Origin: Candidatus Hermodarchaeota archaeon
GTDB lineage: Archaea > Asgardarchaeota > Lokiarchaeia > Sigyniarchaeales > SOKP01
NCBI GenBank assembly: GCA_048885525.1
Contig: JBHLLP010000013.1
Location: forward strand, 1 to 64,000
Direction: 5' to 3'
Length of the DNA: 64,000 bases
A program made the translations under genes and the position numbers. Positions 20,133-30,259 of the stretch are shown in pieces. Position 1 is the stretch's first letter; each line of letters starts with the position of its first letter. The notes beneath the pieces are model-generated. The model saw only the letters and a program-made list of their open reading frames with translations, was not told the DNA's origin and searched no databases.

Positions 20133-21827
20133 ATGATAGATATGGAAGTTTTGGAAAAAAAATTATTTGATCAATCTTGGAATTATAAAAATAGAGATGA
20201 AATCATAAAAAGACTGCAGGAAGCAGATTACGATATTGTAATTATTGGGGCGGGGATTACAGGAGCAGCAGTTGCTAGAGAAGCATCAATGAGGGGATTA
20301 AAAGTCGCTTGCGTCGATATGCAAGATTTTGCTGCTGGCACATCTTCAAGAAGTTCAAAAATAGGTCATGGAGGATTAAGATATCTTGCTTATAGTGAAA
20401 TGGATTTGGTAAGAGTAGCGTCAAGAGAAAGAAATTGGATGCGAGTACAAATTCCTCATTTAGTTAGACCAATACCATTTCATATACCCGTAATAGAGGG
20501 AGCAGTGTTTAAAAAAAGACAATTAGCTGCAGCACTTAAAATTTACGATTTTCTAAGTGATGATAAATCTGAATTTATAAATTTTAAAAAACATAAGTGG
20601 CACTCTGCTGAGGAAATTTTCGAATTAGAACCCGAATTTTTAAGAGATGGAAACCTAGGAGGAATTATCTATTATGATACCAACATCGACGATGCTAGAT
20701 TAACTATTGAAATATTAAAAGAAGCTGTTATAAGGGGAGCTGATGTACTAAATTACTGTAAAGTAAATGGATATATCAAAAAAGATAACATAATTATAGG
20801 AGTTAAATGTAAAGATATAGAAAATAATAACGATTTTGAAATCAAAGGGACTTTGGTTGTTAATGCAACAGGAATTTGGACAGATGAATTGCTTGAGCTT
20901 TATCCTGATGACATACCAAAACCTCTCATCCGTCCTACTAAGGGGGTTCATTTACAATATAGACGTAAATGTATCCGGAATAATATGGCTGATGTATGTT
21001 ATTCACCAATTGATGGTCGTATCTATTTTGTCCTGCCTAGAGATAAAGATTTTACCATAATTGGTACTACTGATACTGATTTTGACGGAGATTTAGCTAA
21101 TCCTTATTGTACAAAAGAAGATGCTGACTATTTAATTGAATCAACTCAAAAATTCTTCCCAAATGCACAATTAGGATATGAAAATATCATTTCAACTTAT
21201 GCCGGAATAAGGCCATTAGTAATGCAGAAGGGTAAATCTGAAAGTGAAATTTCCCGAGATCATATTGTATTTTTCTCTGATGATGGATTATTAACTATAA
21301 CTGGTGGTAAATTTACAGAATGGCGTGCTATGGCAGAGGACTTATTCATAAAAATAGAAAAAAAAGGACTATTCTCAAATATTAAAAGAGACAAACATTT
21401 TAGTAGACGACCATTTATAATTACTCTTGAAAAAGAAATCTGGGCAGAAAAATTAAAAGAATTTGATCTTAATCTAGATAATGATATTGCGGACCACTTA
21501 TATCAACAATATGGTAAGGGAGCTTTTAAAATTCTTGAAATGATTAAGCAAGAACCTTCTCTAAGAGAAAAAATAATTGAAGAGAATAATTTCATTAAAG
21601 CAGAAATTCTATATTCTCTAAGATATGAACCAACTCCGCACCTAATTGATGTTTTTTGTAGACGAACTGAAATGTCGCTATGGATTGATCATAAAAAAGC
21701 TTCCAACGCAGCTAGTAAAGTCGCTGAAATAATGGCTAATGAATACTCATGGGATGAAAACAAAAAAAATCAAGAAATTGAGATCTATATGGAGTACATT
21801 AAAAAAACTGTTTCTTTTATAACTTAA
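20133..21827 (+). CDS. glpD: FAD-dependent glycerol-3-phosphate dehydrogenase/oxidase
   Basis: IIGAGITG, GTSSRSSK..HGGLRYL, DDARL, GTTD, AGIRPL and GGK motifs. Confidence 0.9.
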   Translation: MIDMEVLEKKLFDQSWNYKNRDEIIKRLQEADYDIVIIGAGITGAAVAREASMRGLKVACVDMQDFAAGTSSRSSKIGHGGLRYLAYSEMDLVRVASRERNWMRVQIPHLVRPIPFHIPVIEGAVFKKRQLAAALKIYDFLSDDKSEFINFKKHKWHSAEEIFELEPEFLRDGNLGGIIYYDTNIDDARLTIEILKEAVIRGADVLNYCKVNGYIKKDNIIIGVKCKDIENNNDFEIKGTLVVNATGIWTDELLELYPDDIPKPLIRPTKGVHLQYRRKCIRNNMADVCYSPIDGRIYFVLPRDKDFTIIGTTDTDFDGDLANPYCTKEDADYLIESTQKFFPNAQLGYENIISTYAGIRPLVMQKGKSESEISRDHIVFFSDDGLLTITGGKFTEWRAMAEDLFIKIEKKGLFSNIKRDKHFSRRPFIITLEKEIWAEKLKEFDLNLDNDIADHLYQQYGKGAFKILEMIKQEPSLREKIIEENNFIKAEILYSLRYEPTPHLIDVFCRRTEMSLWIDHKKASNAASKVAEIMANEYSWDENKKNQEIEIYMEYIKKTVSFIT

Positions 21828-21936
21828 ATCTTTCAAACTCTAATTTTGAATTATTGGACTCCCTTTGAAATATATTTTTAAGTTTGTATATACAATATAA
21901 TAACAAAATTAAATTTACATTTAAGAGTGAACATAT

Positions 21937-22608
21937 TTGATTTTCCAATTTGATTTTACGGAACATATTTTAAAACCACTAGGAAAACTTGGTGGCTGGA
22001 TAATGCTTCTTTTAGGGATAATGTGGTTAATCTATGCGGTTTATGAGACAAAAAGGAGACAATCCTTTAAGAAAAGAAAAGTGGAAGACTGGGATTTTGA
22101 TGTTACAAAATTCTTGAAAGCAATAACTTACATAGGATTCATACTAGGGTTACTAGCTTTAATCTCTGGTTTTTCTGGATTAATGTTTGATATTCCACCT
22201 AGTGTAGCTTATGCTACAACTACCGAGAATAGTCGAAATCTATTTACATCTATACTCTTAATTATATTTGGGATTTTAACATTTGTAAAACCAGCAAACG
22301 ATTTACCACTAGCAAGTATAATTGGTGTTTTAGCTGCAACTCTTGTGGTAATTATTTTAACTTTAGCAATCCCTCAGCAACTTGTTGATGTAATTGCTGT
22401 CTTTGTTAATCCTAAGATTTTGTTGGCTATAATCTTCCTAATAATTTTTGCTATAGTGGCTCTTACAGCTAAATTTTATGTAAAAGTGTTCATGACCATA
22501 TCGAAAGCAATTTCTTGGCCCCCTTTAGCAGTTATTTTTGCGATCTTTTGTTTCATTCAAGGATTTCTACTATTAGCTGTTGGTGTTAGTATTTCAGGTT
22601 ATTTCTAA
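21937..22608 (+). CDS. Hypothetical multi-pass membrane protein (about 6 TM)
   Basis: Repeated hydrophobic stretches of about 20 aa. TTG start. Confidence 0.75.
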   Translation: MIFQFDFTEHILKPLGKLGGWIMLLLGIMWLIYAVYETKRRQSFKKRKVEDWDFDVTKFLKAITYIGFILGLLALISGFSGLMFDIPPSVAYATTTENSRNLFTSILLIIFGILTFVKPANDLPLASIIGVLAATLVVIILTLAIPQQLVDVIAVFVNPKILLAIIFLIIFAIVALTAKFYVKVFMTISKAISWPPLAVIFAIFCFIQGFLLLAVGVSISGYF

Positions 22609-22717
22609 TTCTTTTTAATTTTTTTTATATTTTGTAAGATTTTAAAGATAGATCATCTAATTTTTTATTAAAATAATCAAAATAAAGGTTTTTATCCCTA
22701 CATACTTTTTTTAAATT

Positions 22718-23203
22718 ATGAAGGCTCTAATTGCTTATTTCACAATGGGAGGAAGAACGAAGAAAACTGCCGAAGCAATCGCAACTGCTTTGACCAAATA
22801 TGAAGTAAGTTATTTTCCAATAGAATTAAAGGGGAAATTTATTGAAAAGATAAAAATGCTCGATAAATTCGAAAATAAAGATTTTTCAACAATACAAAAT
22901 AAATTAAAAAATCTTGATGCTCAACCTTATGATTTAATTTTCTTTGGTATGCCTACATATGGTAATTTTCCACCAAAAGTTTTTGATGAAATCTTGGTAA
23001 GAATGAGCAATCTTAATGGGAAAAGAGTAGTTGTATTCAATACAGCTCGTTTTACTGGTGGAAAGGCACTAAATTATATGAAAATAAAAGTTGAGGAAGC
23101 CGCTGCTGTAGTGGTTGAACAATCCAAATTCAGAAAATTATTTTGGATTGGTACAAAAAATGCCACTAAGTTTGGGAAGCGAATCAATGAAAGTCAGGAG
23201 TAA
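22718..23203 (+). CDS. Flavodoxin-like protein
   Basis: YFTMGGRTKKTAE phosphate loop and GMPTYG. Confidence 0.85.
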   Translation: MKALIAYFTMGGRTKKTAEAIATALTKYEVSYFPIELKGKFIEKIKMLDKFENKDFSTIQNKLKNLDAQPYDLIFFGMPTYGNFPPKVFDEILVRMSNLNGKRVVVFNTARFTGGKALNYMKIKVEEAAAVVVEQSKFRKLFWIGTKNATKFGKRINESQE

Positions 23204-23266
23204 AGATGCAAATTAGAAAATATATATAAAAATGGTTATTTTTTCATGTTTTTTTTAACACACCAG

Positions 23267-24379
23267 TCAAAAAAAACTAAATCTATGCGAAGGTTGCTTA
23301 TTAATTTCACCAATAATATCATTTTCTAATTTATAAGAGCAATTGGGACATTTTTGATCATCTGTAATATCGATTTTTTTAAAGCTATATCCTCTTCTTT
23401 CGAATAGTAAATAGTTACAGCTGGGACAATAAGTATTGCCTCCCTTCTCATGAGAGATGTTACCTACATATGGAAAATATAATCCTGATCCTTTAGCGAT
23501 GCTATAAGCCATATCTAATGTTTCATAAGGAGTCCGTTTCATTGAGGGCATTTTGAAATCAGGATGATATGCAGAAAAGTGGACAGGGGTATTACTACCT
23601 AAATTATCCACTATCCACAAGCACAATTTCTGAATATCTTCTTTACTATCGTTTAAATCAGGTATAATTAAATTAGTGATTTCTACATGAATCCCATTAG
23701 ATTTAAATCGTTTAGCAGTTTTCAAAACTGGTTGAACTGACGTGACACCACATATCTTTTTATAAAAATCATCTGTCATTGCCTTAATATCTATATTTGC
23801 AGCATCAATTCCAATATCAATTAACTCTTTAGATGCTTCTGGAGTAGAATATCCATTTGTAACTAAAATAGTCTTAATATCATGCTTTTTCAGAAGGGGC
23901 ACTGTATCTATTATCCATTCATGCCATATTAATGGTTCATTGTATGTATAAGCAAGAGTTTTTGCTCCACTCTTAACAACTCTTTTTTCTAATTGCTCAG
24001 GGATCATTTCAACTAATGACATTCCTCGACCCTCATATCCCTGAAGGTCATAAAATCCATTTTTTCCGTTATCTGTTGGATTTGCTTGGCTTATAGACCA
24101 GTTTTGGCAATTTTGACACTTAAAAGAACATCCAATAGATGCGATTGAATAAGCTGTAGCTCCAGGCCAAAAATTATATAGTGGTTTCTTCTCAATAGGA
24201 TCTAAACTGCCAGATGATATCATTGAACCATAAATTAATGTGTATAATTCTCCATCAAAATTCTTTCTTGTTCTACATATCCCTACCTTCTCTGGAAGAA
24301 TTGTGCATTCATTGGCACATACATGACATTTAACCTTCTTATCTTCTAGTTTATCGAATAATCTCGCTTTTAATTTCAT
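23267..24379 (-). CDS. amrS: AmmeMemoRadiSam system radical SAM enzyme
   Basis: CHVCANEC, DPIEKKPLYNF, GCSFKCQNCQNW, YTYNEP and C-terminal CPSC...CPNC. Confidence 0.9.
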   Translation of the reverse strand: MKLKARLFDKLEDKKVKCHVCANECTILPEKVGICRTRKNFDGELYTLIYGSMISSGSLDPIEKKPLYNFWPGATAYSIASIGCSFKCQNCQNWSISQANPTDNGKNGFYDLQGYEGRGMSLVEMIPEQLEKRVVKSGAKTLAYTYNEPLIWHEWIIDTVPLLKKHDIKTILVTNGYSTPEASKELIDIGIDAANIDIKAMTDDFYKKICGVTSVQPVLKTAKRFKSNGIHVEITNLIIPDLNDSKEDIQKLCLWIVDNLGSNTPVHFSAYHPDFKMPSMKRTPYETLDMAYSIAKGSGLYFPYVGNISHEKGGNTYCPSCNYLLFERRGYSFKKIDITDDQKCPNCSYKLENDIIGEINKQPSHRFSFF

Positions 24380-24499
24380 ATCGCCACCTTAATTCAATAA
24401 TTTTTTGCTTATCTTATCACTAGATATATAATAGATATGAAATTTTATATTTCTTATACCTTTAAAATGTAAAATTAATAAAATAAGGAAATATTCAAT

Positions 24500-24934
24500 A
24501 TGTCGGGAATTGAAAAAGTTATTTCTTCTTTTAGAGGAAATTTTAATTGTGCTCAATCAATATTTAGAACGTATGCTACTCAATACGGCTTAGATGAAGA
24601 CACAGCCTTAAAATTAGCTACAGGGTTTGGAGGTGGTATGGGTCGTATGCAAAAAACATGTGGTGCAATATCTGGGGCTTTTATGGCTATTGGTTTAAAA
24701 TATGGAATGGGGCTTAATGGTGATATCGAAGCAAGAGATAAGACTTATCAGCTAATAAGAGAATTTACAAATCGATTTCAAGAAATTCATGGATCAATAA
24801 ACTGTAAGGAATTGCTTGGTTGTGATATTAGTACTCCTGAAGGAAGAGAATACTATGATCAAAATGATTTTTTTGAAAAGAAATGCTTTGAGTATGTAAA
24901 GGATTCAGCGAAGATCTTAGAAGAATTATTGTAA
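24500..24934 (+). CDS. C_GCAxxG_C_C family putative redox protein
   Basis: NCAQS, GFGGG, CGAISG, INCKELL and a further terminal Cys. Confidence 0.9.
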   Translation: MSGIEKVISSFRGNFNCAQSIFRTYATQYGLDEDTALKLATGFGGGMGRMQKTCGAISGAFMAIGLKYGMGLNGDIEARDKTYQLIREFTNRFQEIHGSINCKELLGCDISTPEGREYYDQNDFFEKKCFEYVKDSAKILEELL

Positions 24935-24973
24935 AGGAATCGAATAAAGGATATACATTTTATTTTTATTTTT

Positions 24974-25891
24974 ATGACAGAGAATGAAATTGAGTTTAAA
25001 AAAGAGGAATTAGAGCAATTATTAAATAAAAAACTGGAAAATTTAAAAGAATTAGAAAATTTTGGTAAAAATTCGAACTATATTAAAGAATTAAGCGATA
25101 TTGCTCTAATCCAATTACAATTGGAGAAATTTAGGGACTCAGAAAAAAATTATTTAATCTGTTTAAAACATTTTAAAAAACAAAAAGATCGATTAGGTCA
25201 AGCAGCAGTATTTGGTGTTTTGGGTACTCTATATTATAAAGAAGGCAATTACAATAAATCTATTGAATCTTATGAAAAAGCATATAATATTTATGAAGAA
25301 TTAAGACAAGTTCAAGAACAAATTACTTGTCTAAAAGGAATAGGGAACAGTTATATAAAACTAAATCAAAATGATGAGGCATGCGATATTTTCTTAGATT
25401 GCAGTGCGATCTGTTCAGATAACAATGATATTTATAATTTATTAGACTGTTTAGGAAATCTTATTTACATTCATGAAACCAATGAAAACTGGGATATTGT
25501 ATTTGAAGTATACAAAAAAGTATTAAAAGCCTTTAAAAAAATTAATGATAATAAAGGAATTATCACTTCTTATTTCAACCTAGGCATTCTTCAAAAGAAA
25601 GAAAATAACTTAGAGGAAGCAGTAAGATATTTTAAGAAAGGAACTAATCAAGCAATTGATACAAACTTTCCTGAATTTATTATCAAAGGTCTTGGTTACA
25701 TTGGTGAAGTTTCATTTTATATGGGAAGAATTAAGGAAGCAAAGAATCAATTTATTCGAGCATTGCATCTTGCCAAAAAAATAGGGGCAAATAATGCAAT
25801 TATTCAACTTAAAGTTCTTTTAAAATCACTGGGATTGCAGGATAAAAAAATAATTGAAGAACTTGGGAGTTTTGAAAATACCCAAAATTGA
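24974..25891 (+). CDS. Tetratricopeptide repeat protein
   Basis: Repeated TPR-like LG..Y...G....A...Y units. Confidence 0.87.
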   Translation: MTENEIEFKKEELEQLLNKKLENLKELENFGKNSNYIKELSDIALIQLQLEKFRDSEKNYLICLKHFKKQKDRLGQAAVFGVLGTLYYKEGNYNKSIESYEKAYNIYEELRQVQEQITCLKGIGNSYIKLNQNDEACDIFLDCSAICSDNNDIYNLLDCLGNLIYIHETNENWDIVFEVYKKVLKAFKKINDNKGIITSYFNLGILQKKENNLEEAVRYFKKGTNQAIDTNFPEFIIKGLGYIGEVSFYMGRIKEAKNQFIRALHLAKKIGANNAIIQLKVLLKSLGLQDKKIIEELGSFENTQN

Positions 25892-25941
25892 ATAAATATG
25901 AATGAGAAACTAGACAAAACTCTTTGATTAAAACAATACCA

Positions 25942-26103
25942 TTATTTCTTCTTAGAGTTTTTATGATTTTTATAATCTTCTTTTTTAGCTTTTCTTAAAG
26001 CCGGCTCACCACATTTATCACAAAAATCATAGACTGTGTGAGCAAATTCTCCACAATTCTCACATATATATGGATATGTTACTTTAAATAATTTGATGTC
26101 CAA
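25942..26103 (-). CDS. Small zinc-ribbon protein (53 aa), not in ORF track
   Basis: TTG start, translating to MDIKLFKVTYPYICENCGEFAHTVYDFCDKCGEPALRKAKKEDYKNHKNSKKK, with two CxxCG knuckles. Confidence 0.75.
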   Translation of the reverse strand: MDIKLFKVTYPYICENCGEFAHTVYDFCDKCGEPALRKAKKEDYKNHKNSKKK

Positions 26104-26187
26104 TATACTCAACTGATTTATTATTATTTTTTGTTAAATTCAAAGCTAACTTAATCCCTTATATTTATTTTTCTTTAAAGATTTATA

Positions 26188-26216
26188 TGTCAAGGTTTAT
26201 TTACTTGTCAAGGTTT
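26188..26216. repeat. 11-bp direct repeat TGTCAAGGTTT x2 (18-bp period), candidate operator
   Basis: Exact copies at 26188-26198 and 26206-26216 in a divergent intergenic region. Confidence 0.5.
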
Positions 26217-26498
26217 CTCGAAAGATAAATGATATTATCACAAATCATCTTGTAGTAATTCTGAATTTAAATTTAATATAAATAAAATGGTAGTTTATGT
26301 TGAAAATTTATTTGATAAAATGTTGATGCATTAAACCTCTAATTTTTAGATAATCTTTTTAAATAATCATTTGTTGAAAATACATAGAATATTGTTGGAT
26401 CAACATAGCGTTTTTTTGTTAATTTACAATCCAGTAAATAGTTATATTAAATCAATTTAGGTAAAAAATAGAAAATTTCAATTAGGTCAAAAAAAAAA

Positions 26499-27887
26499 AT
26501 GAAGATTTTACTGATTTATCCTCCTTTTCAGGTAGATAAAGGTATGGGAAAGGTTATGTGTAGCCCTCCTTTGTCTCTTCTAACACTTGCGGGCTCAGTT
26601 AGTAATCTTGATCACGAAATTGAAATACTTGATATGAATGTGGACTATTCTTATGATATTGAAAAGTTCTCCCAAAAGATACTTAAGTTTGATTTAGTAG
26701 GAATTACCTGTATGACTAATACATTTAAAATCGTATTAAATTTGTGCAGGATTGCTAAAAGAAATCGGATTCCTACAATTTTGGGTGGATTCCATCCAAC
26801 TTTGGTTCCTAATATTATTGAACAATTCGATTGTATTGATATGATCTGTCGTGGAGAAGGTGAAATTACTTTTAGAGAATTACTGGAAGGTAAACCAAAA
26901 CATCAAATCCTAGGGCTTTCATATAGAGAAAATGGTACTGTGATTCATAATCCTGATAGGCCATTTATTGAAAATCTAAACAGGCTTCCATTCCCAAATA
27001 ATGATCTAGTTGATCCTCACCCCTATCATTATATTTGGGTTCGATCATGGGTTTGTGAAACATCCAGAGGGTGTCCATTTAATTGTAATTTTTGTTGTGT
27101 CACTCAATTTCATAAAGGTAAGTATCGTACAAAATCTCCTGAAAGAATAATAGAAGAACTTTTAAAAGTACCAGAAAAAACAAAACTTATATTTTTCACT
27201 GATGATAATTTCAGTCTAAATAAGAAACGGACTATGAAGATTTGTGAGCTATTAGAAAAAACAAAACTAAATAAGCGATTAATGTTTGTATGTCAATCTA
27301 GAGTTGATGATATTGCCAATAATCCAGATATGGTTAAAGCCATGTCTAAGGCTGGTTTTATTTGCTTTTTTTTAGGATTTGAAAGTTTCAAACAAATATC
27401 ATTAAATAATATGCAAAAACAATATACTCTCGATAAAGTTCGAAAATGCGTGGAAATTTGTCATAAGAATGGTATAATGGTTTTTGGTTCATTTATTATA
27501 GGAAACATTGGAGAAACCATTAAAGATACATGGAGAACATTTAAATTAATGAAAGATTTAGAACTTGATATGATGATGACTAATCCGATAACTCCTTTTC
27601 CAGGAACACCACTCTATGACGATGCTGTTGATAAGGGATGGATCCCAAAAGACTTTAAATGGGAAAAATGGGATATTTCACCAGTTATGAATACACCAGA
27701 TATGACAATTGATGAAATCCAAGATCTATTAGACGAGAGTTATAGATTTTTCTATAATGATATTGGCTTTTTTCTTTTTGGAAAGAAATTGTTGAGAATT
27801 TTATTTAATCCTAAGTTTTGGTGGTATAGACACGTTGCTTTTTCAGTATTGACGAATGGATTAACAAAATTCTTAATGAAATTATAG
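26499..27887 (+). CDS. Cobalamin-binding radical SAM protein (class B)
   Basis: N-terminal B12-binding domain (PPLSLL, GGFHPT, GEGE), SRGCPFNCNFC, DDNF and TPFPGTPLY. Confidence 0.92.
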   Translation: MKILLIYPPFQVDKGMGKVMCSPPLSLLTLAGSVSNLDHEIEILDMNVDYSYDIEKFSQKILKFDLVGITCMTNTFKIVLNLCRIAKRNRIPTILGGFHPTLVPNIIEQFDCIDMICRGEGEITFRELLEGKPKHQILGLSYRENGTVIHNPDRPFIENLNRLPFPNNDLVDPHPYHYIWVRSWVCETSRGCPFNCNFCCVTQFHKGKYRTKSPERIIEELLKVPEKTKLIFFTDDNFSLNKKRTMKICELLEKTKLNKRLMFVCQSRVDDIANNPDMVKAMSKAGFICFFLGFESFKQISLNNMQKQYTLDKVRKCVEICHKNGIMVFGSFIIGNIGETIKDTWRTFKLMKDLELDMMMTNPITPFPGTPLYDDAVDKGWIPKDFKWEKWDISPVMNTPDMTIDEIQDLLDESYRFFYNDIGFFLFGKKLLRILFNPKFWWYRHVAFSVLTNGLTKFLMKL

Positions 27888-27961
27888 AAATATTTTGAAA
27901 ATATCGAAAAAATAGTCAATTAAAAAAATAATTAAAATGCAAATTATTTTAGTAGTTTGAT

Positions 27962-28672
27962 ATGATTCAAGCAATTACATTCGATCTCTGGAATACAATA
28001 TTTACTAATAAATTTTATACAGAAATACGAATAAATTGGTTTACCCAATTTTTAAAAGAAAGAGATATTTTCTTTTCTTTAATTGATATAAAGAATGCTT
28101 TTAATATAGCTTTTAATTTGCCAGAAGGTTATTTTAAGAAGAATAATCATATTTTTACAGAAGATCGACTATTAATAATGCTAAATATCCTTAAATTGGA
28201 TTTTTCTGAAAATGATAAAGATTTGATCAAGAATAAATTCGAAGCAGTAATGCTTGATGATCCTCCTTCTTTGAAGAAAGGAGTTAAACGAACCTTAGAA
28301 GAACTTTCTTTAACTTATAAAATTGGACTCATTTCAAATACTGGTATAACACCAGGAAGGATTATAATTAAGGTTTTTGAAGAATATAATATTCTCCAAT
28401 ATTTTCAAGTAATGATCTTCTCTGATGAGATTGGGTATTATAAACCACATACACTTTTATTCAATACAGCATTAAAAGAGCTTGAATGTGACCCAAGATA
28501 TGCAATTCATATTGGAGATAGGTTAGACACAGATATTAAAGGAGCTAAAGAATGTAAAATGTATACAATCTGGGTTAATGACTCTTTTCCGCAAAATTTA
28601 AAGGATATCAAACCTGATTACGAGATTCAAGAAATATCTGAAGCAATACCAATTATTAAAAATCTACGCTAA
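27962..28672 (+). CDS. HAD-superfamily hydrolase
   Basis: FDLWNTI, ISNT, KP and HIGDRLDTDI motifs. Confidence 0.9.
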   Translation: MIQAITFDLWNTIFTNKFYTEIRINWFTQFLKERDIFFSLIDIKNAFNIAFNLPEGYFKKNNHIFTEDRLLIMLNILKLDFSENDKDLIKNKFEAVMLDDPPSLKKGVKRTLEELSLTYKIGLISNTGITPGRIIIKVFEEYNILQYFQVMIFSDEIGYYKPHTLLFNTALKELECDPRYAIHIGDRLDTDIKGAKECKMYTIWVNDSFPQNLKDIKPDYEIQEISEAIPIIKNLR

Positions 28673-28788
28673 TAAAAATTTAAAGAGATCTTGAACCTTG
28701 ATTTTTATAATTTTCAGAATTATTATCAAATAATTATAAATAAAGTCATTTTCTTTTTAATTTTAAAAAGCTTAAATTTCATATACTA

Positions 28789-30210
28789 ATGAAAAATTGC
28801 CCTTATTGTAAGTTCCCAATTGAAGAACATTGGGCTTATTGTAGGAATTGCAATAAACCTTTAATTACTAATCTAGAAGATATATTAGACAGAAATGTGA
28901 AATTCCCCTATAATGAACCAGAGATTTATCATTTAGAATCGGAAGAAGAGAGCGAAACTTTTGATGATTTTATTATTAAAGATGAAGAAATTGATCAAAA
29001 AATAAAAAAAATTGATGAGATTTTAGAAAGTAAAGAAACTCTGGGAGAACCAATACCTGGAGCATTGCTATTGGAGAAGTCAAGTTTATATTACAAAAAA
29101 AGAGATTTAACTAAATCCTTGAAAAACCTAGAATTAGCTGTAAAAAATTTTAAAGAAGAAAATGATTTACTTAACACTGCTATATGCTACAATGAATTAG
29201 GAATAATCCGAGAAGATAATGGTTTTTTTGATCAAGCAATATATGATTTTAATAGATCTCTTGAAATTCTTAAAGATCTAAATGATAAAAACAAAATAAT
29301 TAAGGTATTAAACAATCTGGGGAATGTACATTTTATAATTAAAGAAATAGAACAATCATATAATTATTATCAAGAAGCATTTCAACTTGCTCAACAAGAA
29401 AACTTAATTTTTGAGGAAATTAAATCTTCTAGCAATTTGGTAGAAGTTCTTTATTTATTGAATGATTATGACCGAATTAAGAAAATTTTAGCAAAAAATT
29501 TGGAATTTTTTAAAGAAAATGAGGATATTTATGGGATTATTCAAACAGAAATAAAATATGGAAAGTTATATTATATAATTGGTGATAACTATCATGAATC
29601 TTACCAACATCTTACAGAGGCGTTAGATTTAATTAAAAGAATAGAACAAGATGTCTCTTTATATATTAAGGCAAAATTGGAATGGGAATGTTATTTATAC
29701 CTTGGAAAAATTTATCTTTTATGGGATAATAATACTAAAGCAGAGAGTTTATTATTCCAAAGCCTAGAAGCTATTCGTATTTTCGAATTAAGTGATAATA
29801 TCAAAGAGGGTGAAATATTGGAAACCTTAGCAGAAGTTAATATTTCTAAGGGAGATATTGAAAGAGCAATTGATTATTACGATCTAGCTCGTGAAATTTC
29901 TTTTAAATTTGGAGATAACGCCAAAAATGCCGAAATTAAGTTTAAAATGGGAAAGATTTACCTAGAGTTTAAAGAAGATACAATTAAAGCGATAAATCTG
30001 TTAGAAGACGCATTAGAAATTTATGAAGATTTAGAATCTATTAAAGATTGTGCTTTAATTTTACATAAGTTAGGAGATATTTATCTTAATAAGAGAATGG
30101 TAGAAATAGCAGTCTCTTACTTTGAAAAAGCACGAAATTATTATCGGATTATGAGAGATAAATATAGCGCAGAATTATTAAATGAGAAAATAAAATCATT
30201 AACTTTTTAA
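28789..30210 (+). CDS. Zinc-ribbon + TPR repeat protein
   Basis: N-terminal CPYC..CRNC, an acidic linker, then multiple TPRs. Confidence 0.87.
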   Translation: MKNCPYCKFPIEEHWAYCRNCNKPLITNLEDILDRNVKFPYNEPEIYHLESEEESETFDDFIIKDEEIDQKIKKIDEILESKETLGEPIPGALLLEKSSLYYKKRDLTKSLKNLELAVKNFKEENDLLNTAICYNELGIIREDNGFFDQAIYDFNRSLEILKDLNDKNKIIKVLNNLGNVHFIIKEIEQSYNYYQEAFQLAQQENLIFEEIKSSSNLVEVLYLLNDYDRIKKILAKNLEFFKENEDIYGIIQTEIKYGKLYYIIGDNYHESYQHLTEALDLIKRIEQDVSLYIKAKLEWECYLYLGKIYLLWDNNTKAESLLFQSLEAIRIFELSDNIKEGEILETLAEVNISKGDIERAIDYYDLAREISFKFGDNAKNAEIKFKMGKIYLEFKEDTIKAINLLEDALEIYEDLESIKDCALILHKLGDIYLNKRMVEIAVSYFEKARNYYRIMRDKYSAELLNEKIKSLTF

Positions 30211-30259
30211 ACCAGAAGTTATATGTGTAGAAATGGTTTCTTTCTTTGAAAAAAGACTT

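Noticed and set aside
23267-24379. Complete AmmeMemoRadiSam system
   Set aside because: Only the radical SAM gene is present. The AMMECR1 and Memo partners are not in the window.
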